Source: Neoechinorhynchus agilis
Lineage: Eukaryota; Animalia; Acanthocephala
Direction: 5' to 3'
Length of the DNA stretch: 33,000 bases
Assembly: GCA_051530055.1 (NCBI GenBank)
Contig: CM121342.1
Location: 2,700,797-2,733,796 of the forward strand
The first letter of the stretch is position 1. The number at the start of each line of letters is the position of its first letter. The notes under the pieces are model-generated. The model searched no databases. It was not told where the DNA came from and worked only from the letters and a program-made list of their open reading frames with translations. Below, piece by piece: positions 11,421-23,100 of this stretch. Made by a program: the position numbers and the translations under genes.

Positions 11421-14400
11421 TTATTCCTGCTCAGTTTCTAAATTTTGTGCTTCCGCCAATTTCGCATACAATCCTCCGAGAAGTAAAAGCTCTCGATGTG
11501 AGCCATTCTCAATGACTCGTCCAAGGTCGCAAACGCAAATCTGATCAGCGTCTTTAATTGTGGACAATCTGTGTGCAATCGTGATGGTAGTTCGACCTTT
11601 TTGAGCAGCATCCACTGCGGCTTGGACGATTTGTTCCGATGCTGTGTCCAGTGCAGAAGTTGCTTCGTCAAACAGTAAGATCTTCGGGTTTCTAATGAGC
11701 GCACGAGCGATTGCAATTCGCTGTTTTTGACCACCGCTCAGATGAGTTCCTTTCGATCCGACTCTCGTTTCGTATCCCTTTGTTCATAATTGACTTTACG
11801 ACTAAATTGAGCGATACATACCATTGGCAGATTTACCACGTCGTTGTGAATGTTGGCTTGTACGGCTGCATTCATTATTAGATTATCATCAGCCTATAAG
11901 AAAAAACACATTCAAAAAGAAAATGATCTCAAAGTTGTTCAAGTCTACCACAATAAATCTATGTTCAACATTCGTAATTCCCTATTTTTTAATTCTAAAT
12001 AAAAGTATTTTTTATGTTGTTTTTTAATTTTCGATTTTTTGATTCTGGCAATTTGGGAATGCACAAAAAATTCAATAGCACAGAGCTCTCACATATCTAT
12101 TTGTCTAATCTTAAGTGGAATGAACTCGTTAAGAAACCGTTCAAGAAGCATACCTCTTCTCCTTCCGGCATTCCATAAAGGATATTTTCCTTAATCGTTA
12201 AATCAAAAAGCACTGGTTCTTGCTGTACAAAACCAATGTTAGACCTGAGCCATTGGATATTAAGCGACCCTAATTCATAGCCATCGATTGTCTAAAAGAT
12301 GTAAAAATATTCCGGGTCCTCAAGTTCAAAAATGAACTCACAATTCGTCCACTAGTTGGATCATAAAACCTTAGAAGTAAACTGACCGTAGTTGACTTCC
12401 CACATCCACTAGGACCGACCATAGCAGTTGTAGCCTGAGTTGGCGCTGTAAACGACATTTTGTTCAATGCTGTGACATCCGGTCTCGTTGGGTACGAGAA
12501 TATGATCTTGTGGAATTTAACTTCAAACGTGGCTTCGTCCTAGATTCAAAATGTCTTCATAGATACATGGAACGTTTAATCAAAAATACCAAAGTGATTC
12601 CTGATGGATTTTCTGTATCAATAAGTGGTTGTCTTTTGAACAAAGTCAAGAAACTTATACCAGCATCACGAGCTTCGTCAAAGTCAACCAGAAATGCACT
12701 CCCACGGCCTAAACTCATTCCGACCATATTTAGCAAAGCAACAGTCCGGAAAACGTTCTGCATTTCAATATCCTTATTTATCAAAAGTACCATCCCATAG
12801 CCCATCGCTACTCCGTAAATGAAGAAGATTGAGGATTGCGCTATTCCATTTCCGAAGGCGTTCTTAAAATTAGCCCAGAGTTTCGTGGAATAAACATGAG
12901 AATAAAACCAATTGTATCGGTTGATAAATGCATCTTCTCGTCTTAGAGAAGCGATTGTTCTAATGTTATTAAGTGCTTCAGATGAGACTTTTCCTGCCTC
13001 TTCTTCAAACGAAAAATTCTTTTCTTTAGATCGAGCTGGTGTTTTCTTTGACATTGATCTTCCCTATGGTAGCAGTAGAGCTTCTTATTTCGTTTAATAA
13101 GACAAAAAAATAACCTGAATAAGACCAGAGAATAGAACTAAAGGGATTAAGGTCGTCATAACGAGAGTCAATTTCCATGAGAGCACAAGAGCTATGATTG
13201 TTGCAATGAGAACGGAGGCTATGCTCTGCAAAAGTATAGATAATCGCTGACCCGTCAACTATAAAGCTAATAGTTAAAAGAAGAAAAAGGAAAACTGCCG
13301 TTTACATACGCCGCGCAGTTGATTAGCATCCAAAGATAGTCTTGTCAATAATGCGCCTACTCGGTTATCATCTGAATCAAACCAACTGATATCTTGATAT
13401 ACCATAGATTTAAAGGCGACTGATCGCATTCTGCATGTAAGTTCCTCGCCTGATTTCCCCAAGCCATAAGACTAAAACGAATTTCAATTTATACTATGGT
13501 TTGTTTCGTCAAATATAGGAATTTAAAATTATTAAATCTAAAACTCCTTCTCGCCACCTACAATGTATCTCAATAATTTGTTTCAATAGCAAAGATTGTA
13601 TCAATTAAATTTATTATATTTGATAATTTTCAGCCTTTTCGTTGGCCTTCTTCAGTCACTTGTTTCGCAAGCTAACGAAAAGACCGAAAATTTTCATATA
13701 ATAAATTTAATTGATACAATCTTCGCTATTGAAACAAACTATAATGGAAAATATCTTTACAACATCTCAATAATGTCAGAAGCATGGTCAATTAATTTTT
13801 GAGTTGATTATTAAGTATTTATGTGAGACAATCGACTTTATAAATTTTCTATGAATTTCAAATACGTTCAAGAAAAACAGCAAATAATACTTTGCATCGT
13901 CTTACAGCAACAAGCCCAGCGAAGCCTCCAAGTAATCCAATGAAGAAGATTACAATGGCCAAAGTCCTCGTGATTCTCTCCTGAGCATCGTGATCTTCAG
14001 TGAACACCTATTTCACCGAACTAATATTATTTATTTACTGCAGTTCCATATAGGTACCTCGAATAGTTCGGTGAACAAAACGGAAAATGCGGGCAAAACT
14101 GCGGCTTGTATGAGGACGGCAAGGAGGCTTGCAATTATATAATAGAGTTCGGGCATGTTATATCGATGGCACTGTCGAGATTAAGAAGTTCTCACCACAT
14201 GAAAGTGCCATCTTTTAAGCGAAAACGCGACTCATGAGTTTTATATCATTTATTTTCCTGGCGAAAAATCGGCGAATATACCGTTTTTGCTTTTTCGCTG
14301 CTTTAATTATTATTTGTGAGGGTGTCTAAATGTCGGAGATTGATTGAATAAATTTAAATGAGAGAAATACGAACTTTCTTTGTGCTTTTAACAGGCGCAT

Positions 14401-17400
14401 CCTTAGAAGGAACAGATAAGAGTGTTGCAGTTCTTGATTTTATGGCTTGATCTTCATCGTCTTCATCATCGTAATCCGTGTCGATTTCAGTTGGATAGTC
14501 CAAAGAAGCCATTTCTAAAAGACTTTAAGTAAAAATATCGTCTTTAAAGAAGGTACTCACTTTCGGTGGGCGGAATATAGTGATACGGTACACTTTTTTG
14601 TTGCTCGCCAGTCGGAGCCACTGTCTAAATCAAAAGATAACACAAAACTTAAGCATAAAGCAACGTACTTGCGCCGTAACAAGCTCATAGTACAATTGCC
14701 GATTATTCATGAGTTCAGCGTGAGTGCCAGTCTCTACGATTCGTCCTTGTTCAAAGACATAAATAATGTCGGCGTTTTGGATGGTTGAAAGTCTATGAGC
14801 AACTACGATTGTTGTTCGATTGTGCCGAGCGTCGTCCAAAGCTTTTTGAACAAGTCGCTCGCTCTCAGTATCTAGTGCAGAGGTGGCCTCATCCAAAAGA
14901 AGAATTGGAGGATTTGAGATAACTGCTCGGGCAATCGCAACTCGTTGCTTTTGTCCGCCACTAAGAGTTGCTCCTCGTTCACCAATCATTGTGTCGTATC
15001 CCTTTGAAAGGGACTTTTAAAAAGAAGCCAAAAACTCAACGGCGTTACGTTTGGCAAACTCATTATAAAATCATGAGCATTGGCTCTACGAGCTGCCTCC
15101 TCGATCTCGGACTGCGTTGCGTTTACTTTGCCGAGGCGAATGTTTTCAGATACTGTACCGTAGAAAAGAACAGGTTCTTGACTAACGACTCCAATATTCG
15201 ATCTTAACCACGATACATTGAGTGATCGTATGTCTTTGTCGTCCAATAAAACCTTTGAATGAGTAAAAATAAAACTTAAGTATTGATAATGTACACAAAA
15301 AACGCACAGCTCCATTTTCTGGATCATAGAAGCGTTGAACGAGTTGAATGATGGTGCTCTTGCCACATCCAGACGGACCAACCAACGCAACCGTATTACC
15401 CGCTGGAATATGCAGGAATAATTGATTCAGAATCTAATGAGATTGGGAAGTTAAAGACGATATCATTTTGCAGATTTACAAAAAAAACCTTTGCTTCGGT
15501 GCGAGCTGGATAATGAAAGTCAACATTATGAAAATTAATGTCACCTCTAACACTATCAGGACATTCTCCTTCGTCGGCCATGGGATTTATCAGTGACTCC
15601 TAAAGCGAATGTTTCCAACTAATCAGAATATAGTTAGCCATTTTAACGAACTTTGTCTATTATCTCATACAGTTTCCCTGCGGATCCTCTTGCTTCGGCA
15701 AAACTTTGTAAATTCGGTGCTACGGCTGCAATCATAAACGTGCTCGATAAAATACCCATAAACACCTAAACTTAAATTTTCTTTTTCAAATAACTTGGAA
15801 AAATTCAGATTTTACCAGCATGACGGTTCCTGGACTATAGGCATTATCAGTCCGAACGAGTAGTGGTCCGTACCAGACTAATACGGCAAAACTTGTATAT
15901 AAGAAAATGTTCACTCCGAGTTGGCATACACCAATATAAAGGCCTTTCTTGATTCCTACTTTCTTCGCAGATTCAAGAGACGCAGTGTACCTACACGGAC
16001 AAAAATTGATTAACATACTTATCCAAAATGTTTCACAAAACTTAAACCTTTGCGAATCTCGTTTTTGTCCTCCAAATGCCACAACAGTGCGAATCGCACC
16101 TAAGACTTCATCCGCGATCGAATTGGCCTGAGCGTATTCGTTCATTTCTTTTTCAGTGAACTTCTTGAGAGTCTAAATTCAGAATGATTTGCTAAATCAC
16201 GAAACTATAGGGCTCTTAAAAATTTTGATAGGACACAATTCGTAATTCTAACTTTTCTTAAAAAATTTCTTTATATTAATATAGAAATTGTAAAGATGTT
16301 ATCCATAGATTGCTTTTGTGAGGGTGAATTAAAGAAAATTGATTTAATATTTCTTCTACGTTTAGGACTTCTTTAGAATTGTTAATTATTAAACGACGTT
16401 CAAGACCATGATTTTTTATTTAGCCATTAATAAAAATAATATTTTGTAGATTGAAATATTTTATTTACTATGCGTGGCTTATTCATGTTACAATTATTCA
16501 GGAAGTCCACGTTTTTAAAGTACAGCACAAACGAAATTCTAATATTTGATCTACACGCACCATAAATCGTATTTTCAATCTTGAAAATTATGGAAATCCC
16601 ATTTAATCGTAGACTTAAATCAAAACAACAAGTAAAAAAAGTTGCCCTCGACTAAAAGCATCCCGAAACTAACAATGATTAATATTGCGAGGCTTAATCC
16701 GACGAGCGGTGTAAAACACATAAACACAAGTGACATTTTCCATCCTTCGATAAGTGCAATTAAAATTCCTCCGATTGATCGTGACAATAGGAGAAACGTA
16801 TCGGCAACTTTTTCTCCAAATCCTTCTCGTATTCGTTGAACGTCCCTTTAAAAGAAGTATTACAAGAATTATTGAAAGAAATACAAACTCTGCAAGTCGA
16901 TTCACTAGATCGCCAGGACTCCTCATATCGAACCAACCAATTTCTTGTTGCATCATCGATTTAAATGCGAGAAATCTATTTCGTGTGAAAAACGTGGACT
17001 TATTTAAAATAACTGACCTTATTCTTATGATTTGTCTATCGGCCGTTTGAGCCCAAGCAAAAGTGGATATAAATACCAGCAATACGTTTGCTGCGCCGAG
17101 TCCGAGAAAATAAGCAACACCTTGATGCAAAATATCTCGCCGAAATTCACTGTTTAATTCACTATTAAACAAAGGGAAGACATCTCAATTTATCGAATGA
17201 AATCGCCTACTCGAGAGATTCATTGGCGGCAATGAGTATCTCTCTGGAAATGACATAGCCAGTGAATTCATTGACGCATGTTCTGAATTGTCTAAGCCAA
17301 AAAACTTGAGTGATCGCTTGACTAATACCAAATAAAGTCCCTAATATCATCAGTAGCCTGTCGAGACGGTCTGCAAAGCGAAACTAAGAAATTAAGACGT

Positions 17401-17991
17401 CTAAGGTTAGTTTCTGAGGAAAACACTTACCAATTCAAATACTCCGACGGATTTAATGATTTCTACGTTCTGTTCATTCAGTTTGTCCTTCTCATCAGTT
17501 CCGGTCTGTTCGCTAAAACGTCAAATATCAATTTAAGTAGGGTAAAAGCAGTGTGTTTTTGAACGATTTAATATTGAACAATTCTTTGAAAATGGCAAAA
17601 ATAGTTTTAAAACATGATAATAATCAAGTCTTATTAAAAAGTTAAGAAGTTGGTGAAGTGGTGAAAATGGCAAAGCCTCAATCAGTCGCTCTGTATTTTT
17701 TATAACCTCTTCGTTGTCGGACGAAAATTGTTGGTAAAACAATGAGCCTCTCCATAAAAAAAGATGATTCGATTCCGTTTATTATGGAGTTTTTGGTCAT
17801 TTATTCACTATAAATACTTGTTTTTTTTTGACTAAAAATTATCAACTTGATGGTTTAAATATTTCCAAATTCCCGATCGGTGCATATTTTGAAAAAAATC
17901 AATTGTTTATTATGGACGAAACTTTTAGTCTTTAAAGATGAACTTACGTATTCTTTTTAAGTTTTAGCTTTTCTCGGAGTTTTGATTTCAT
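11421..17991 (-). CDS. ABCB1: ABCB1/P-glycoprotein-type full ABC transporter (TMD-NBD-TMD-NBD); about 23 GT-AG introns plus one hairpin insert
   Basis: Two Walker A (GPSGCGKST), two signatures (LSGGQKQR), Walker B ([22 protein letters not shown]), H-loop AHRLST, N-terminal [12 protein letters not shown]. Exons join in phase at GT-AG sites. First exon [14 protein letters not shown] starts at ATG 17991; stop at 11421. Confidence 0.95.
13575..13740. mobile_element. TA-bounded foldback element (166 bp, ~65-70 bp near-perfect arms) inside a canonical ABCB1 intron
   Basis: T|Aa tttgtttcaatagcaaagattgtatcaattaaatttattatat...atataataaatttaattgatacaatcttcgctattgaaacaaa cT|A. Confidence 0.85.
14162..14216 (-). 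other. Hairpin insert E5 in ABCB1, 55 nt
   Basis: Sense gct T|Aaaagatggcact...agtgccatcgaT|At aac. Perfect 9-bp arms (14165-14173, 14204-14212). Removal gives MSRVFA|YNMPELYY, matching the P-gp TMD2 start (..RIL.LN.PE). Confidence 0.82.
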
Positions 17992-18774
17992 CTTTCGCGT
18001 ATGGGAAAGAGCAGGAGAAAATTCAGGGGTGTATGCTAAAAGCGTAGAATAGTCGTTATTATGCTTTGTGGAGTATCCATGAGCAAGCGCTCCATCGGCA
18101 AGAATTAGTCTTACAAGGAGTGTCGGTTAAAGACTGAATCTTTACAAGAGCAACACAAACGCTGTGAGCACAAGGCGTACACCGACGTTTTAAAACACTG
18201 AACAATCACTAGCGCATAATGAATTTAACACGCTTTAACCGTCGTCGATTAATCGGTTTATCCTAAAAATATCCAAAAAAATCTAATTGATGGGAAGTTC
18301 TTTTTAAAAGTCAGGATGGCTGTTAATTATCCGGATTTCTGTACTAGTTTCGCTTTTTTAACCATTTCCCTACGAACGTTAAAAACTTTAATGTCGGTAA
18401 TCGAGCTTTAAAAATTAGATACATGACAACGAAATCTTGTCCCGATTAATTCGCGGACAAAACGATATTCTACTCTAGCCAAAGTCTAACGATCACATTT
18501 ACAATTTTAATCACTAGTAAAAAAAGAATCGATAAGATTTGTCAATGCATAAAGGCTGAAATCCGAATAAACTAATGTTCTTAACCGATTCAATTTTTTT
18601 GCAATTATTCAAAGAATTTTTAGGCACTAAGTTTGAAACTGGAATTGGCAACTCTTACAAACGAAAGCAACGATTTTATGATTCACTACGCAGCCTCAAA
18701 GGTGTGAATAATCTTTTTAAAATAATGCGACAAATTTCATGGACTTCTTTTTGTGATTTAAATCATTGCCAATA

Positions 18775-19058
18775 CAGTGAAATATCAATCTTATCCGAAA
18801 CGTCAATTTTATCCGGATTTCTGTTCCACTCAACTTCTGTTGCTAGAAGATAATCAGATAAAAAACGAAGGTTTACAATGGTAAAAAGAGATCGAATAAG
18901 AGATTATTTTTAAATAATAAAGCTAAAATTGTGTAATTCTCTCCTTGTTTTGCTTTTTTAAAAACCACTTTCCTAGAATTTCGGTTATCCCAAACGAAAT
19001 CTCGTATCCGAATAATGTCCGGTCCCGATTAATTCGCGGACAAAACGACATTCTACTG
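18775..19058. mobile_element. Degenerate pogo/Tigger-like (Tc1/mariner superfamily) MITE with TA flanks; related partial copy at ~18325-18475
   Basis: TA|CAGTGAAATATC...TTATCCG at the left end and CGGACAAAACGACATTCTACTG|TA at the right. The ~35-bp right end cccgattaattcgcggacaaaacga(t/c)attctact recurs at 18441-18474. Confidence 0.55.
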
Positions 19059-20126
19059 TAATTCATAGAATTCGAGACTATAAACAAGTGCTGTTTGTGC
19101 TCGATTCATCAACATTCCATCGTTAAATAAAATGCCAAAAGACACGTCTCTTAGTTTGTTCCACTCGATGCAACAATCGATTAAATGATGTCAAGGTAAA
19201 TCCTGAGTTTTAGGACTTTTTTTAACAAGATTCAATGCTTAGCGCAATTCGACCTAAATGTTATTGAGTTTTTGCTGCATTAATTCTACTCAAAATGTTT
19301 TGAAAAAGACAATGTATATTTAAAAAACAAATGATCGAAAATTGTATTTAACCTTTTTTAAGGTTCCATTTATACATACAAAAAGAATGGCTTTCGAAAA
19401 GGATCGTGAAAATCACTTTATGGAGAAAATAGAAAAATTGATGGAAAACCAATAAATTAATCTCTGTTACGAGAAAATCGCTTTATCGTCCTTTCCAAAT
19501 GGCTTTGTATTATGTCTAATAACGAACGTCCGTATAAACTTTATTCGATTTTATATCTACAATCAAACGTGAGCTTCCTATTATTCTTGGACTATATACT
19601 AAAATTTCGTCTCCACGAAATTATCTAAATGAATTGATATGAAACACTCGCGATGATATTCATAGGCTCATTCGTAACTTCCAAATAAATCCATTCGTTT
19701 TATGATCAATAATAACTGGCCAACATCAGTTTGACAAATGTTCTCTATGCTAATAAATGTTCATCATTGAGAGAAGATCCTTCGGGGTGATGATAATCAA
19801 CGGATACAATACGTTTTTATCCGAAATGTCGATTAATACGTTTCGCCGTGTTTAGCCTATTGAAGAATAAAGATTGTTGTTATTTTTAACCGGCATAATC
19901 TTAACGCTCCCATCAAGATCAGGACGTTTATTCAACGAGAATCAATTATACTTTCATGAGCAACGCGTTACTTATTATTTCATACTCATGAACTAGCTAA
20001 AATTTACGCATTCTCGTTTAATTCCATCTCTAAGGGTTCATTGCTACTTTATTTTTTAAATTTACTTCAATTCTTTAAGATAAAGTGCAGCTTAAATGTA
20101 GAACTCATTTAAGATACCAAGAAAAA

Positions 20127-23100
20127 CTATTTTTTATCAAATTGTGATCGGCATCTTGAACACAAATTTTCATAATGATTGTCTTCAGAAACGTAGTAAG
20201 AACGGCATCTCAAACATTTTGCCTTTTGTATGACTTCCTTAAACTCCAAGCGATAATCGTCATTAAATTGAACCCAAGCGCAGTTCAGAACTTCTTTAGA
20301 CATTTCGGCCATCTTGTCCATATCGCAATCAGGATATTTCGGTAGACATACGCCCACGAATCCAGTTTCAAGGGAACTCATTTCTTTTCGAATAAATTTT
20401 AAACGATCATACATGACAGATGAAGCGCCATTTTCCCAATCAGCGGGGACTGCAGTCCTGATTTGTTTAAATATAGACTCATTCGTAGCTCCAATCATAA
20501 AACAGAGTTCTTCATAAAGTTCTTCAGCGACGTGGGGAATGAATGGTGCCGCGCGAAGAAGTATATGATAAATGAGCGCTTGTAAGAAACATTCAAATTC
20601 AAGTGTTTCGGGTGAGTTCCGTTCATAATATAGTTTGTCTTTGAACAATCGACTGAATTCTGCACTAACGTCATCAATCACGAAATCCTCTAGACATTGG
20701 TAAGCTTTGTCAAAGTCATAATTTTTAGAAAAAGAATCGAATTGTCTAAATACGTAGAAAGTTCGAGCCTTCATAAGCTGTAGAACTGGATATTCTTTTC
20801 CTGTGGAGCAAGTATTTGATCCATGATACAAATTGGCAATCAAAAACCTAACAATAGCACGTACTTTTGAGATTTTCTCGTGCGAGTGTTCAAGTTGTCT
20901 TTTACCGACTTGAATAACGTTTTTAGAGTAATTGAGAGCAACTATTCGACGAAATGGGTCCATACCTTTCGCGAGGTCTTCACTTTTAGACGTAAAATCG
21001 ATTAATAAAGCCATCTAAATCCTGTCGATTCTACTTATCGAGGAAGATGTCATCCGGATCAATCACATTGCCCTTTGATTTTGCCATTTTCTTTCCTGAT
21101 TCATCTACTACAAAACCGTGAACCATTAGCTTTCTGAATGGGCTTTTTCCTTCATTCAGACCGACTGATAAAACAAGTGAAGACAAAAACCAACCATTGA
21201 TTTGATCCAAACCCTCGCAATACACATCAGCTTTGTCTATTCCGGAAGCGTGGAATGAGCAACCACTGTCGAACCAAACGTCGAACACGTCGCAAAGGTC
21301 ATAGCCCCATTCTTCATTAAGATTAAGACAATCGATATATGATTGTAGCACCCGTCGATTCGCTATCGGTACTGATCGATCCTTGTCAGCGTAAGTCAGT
21401 TGCTCTAGAGATGTTTAAAGAAATAGTATAATCGATCTTACTCATGAGGGATATTCCTTAAGAATATTAAAATATAAATAGCTCCTGGGCACGTTCCTTA
21501 TCCGCAATTTGTTTATAAAGAAAGACTATTATCAAATCTAAATCGTGAACTACATCAGTGTTCAAGGGATGGTATGAAAAAGAGAGAGTCTTAGAGATGT
21601 GGTGGTGATCAAAATCGGGTCACATAAAAAGGTTTTTGTTATTCTTTATTGAGGTGATGCTTCCCCTTTCGAAATATCTTCAATAAAATATGTTTTAACA
21701 AGGAGATTATGATCACCACATCACGAATCCAATTATAATTGTGTTCGAAGCTAAAACGAATTCCTTAGACCGACGTAGAGCATCTGATATCTAAAGTACA
21801 GGTATAGGCAATCCCCAATGTCTTTGCCGAGATATGCACCAATATGGACGCTCCTTTAGACATTGAATTAGTCCTTTCACTAGACCTGACTGTTCTCCAT
21901 CCAATGCACAAATAGCCATATCTTTAAGCTTTTCAGTATTTACAAACCATTGTCTACTGGCTCTAACGACAACAGGCTTATTCGTTCTCCAATCAAGTCT
22001 TAGTTTGGCGTCGATCATGTGAGAGGAATTAGATAAAGTAACATATTGAGTGGACAATTTCCTTGCGACATCGCCAAGTGCTTCAATCACCATTTTATCT
22101 GCGTCATCGATTGAACGATTATCCACACGACCGTTAATGTCAATAACATTTCGAAACTGTAAATGGTTTTTGAGGCAAATAAGATAATCGGAATGATTGT
22201 GAGCGCCTGCAACTGATCTTATTTCATCGCCTTTTTTCCCGTGCACTAAAGGAACTTCTTTTCTAGATATTAAATTGTGTCCAAGCAATTAACCCACTAA
22301 TACGACACAATTTTTATAATGGATTTCGACATTTATACCTATTTAATATAATCTCTTGGCATCTCGTGCACCGGGAAATGTCAATTCCAAAAGCTGAGAG
22401 ACACTCGAGAGTACCTATCAGAGATCTATTTCCTTCAACCAACTCACTTATATAGTACTCATTCTTGGGATCTATGGCTACGGCTTCACCTGCAAGCAAT
22501 AAATGCGGACGAAATGTCTTGATGATTAGAGCAGCACTTGTGCAGTTTAATGGCTTGTCCAAGTCAAAGATTACGGCGTAAGGTTGAACCTTTCTCGGTG
22601 TATCCTCATCTACGAGCTCAGAATCGGATAAAGCTGTCATGGTTGATGGAGACCAAAATGTTGGCATCCAATCTCGGAATACCATGTCGTTTTCATAAAG
22701 ACGATTAGCGGTGATTCTCGTCTGCATATAAAACAATTTTAAATCTTGAAACAGAAATACGAAATAGAGTCCGAGGCGAAGAAGTAAAAATATAATGGTC
22801 CGTTAAAGTATTCTAAGCAGTTAATCTCCTCCGCGAATTAAGCAATTTTAAATCTTGAAACAGAAATACGAAACAGAGTCCGAAGCAAAGAAGTAAAAAT
22901 GTAATGGTCCGTTAAAGTATTCTAAGCAGTTAATCTCCTAAACGAATTAAGCAACGAGAACCATCCACACTAGAACATTTCCCATTGTCGAATTTTATAA
23001 GAATTATCCATGGTAGAATAATATTGTGAAAGATCCGACATAAGATTCCATTTCTCAAAGGACATTCTTTGCTTGTTCATACAATCCAATGCCCATTTAC

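Noticed and set aside
13596-13802. 68-aa plus-strand ORF
   Set aside because: Lies mostly within the foldback element in an ABCB1 intron; spurious.
19380-20100. Possible fragmented small gene (MAFEKDRENHF..) between ABCB1 and IARS2
   Set aside because: Many stops in all frames, no recognisable domain, and no convincing stems or splice sites to join the pieces.
6550-22320. Explaining the frameshifts in the PKD1-like gene, ABCB1 and IARS2 as homopolymer sequencing errors or pseudogenisation
   Set aside because: Each break coincides with a terminal inverted repeat and a T|A..N|A junction. Exact removal restores frame and motifs without base edits, and the exons carry no scattered lesions.
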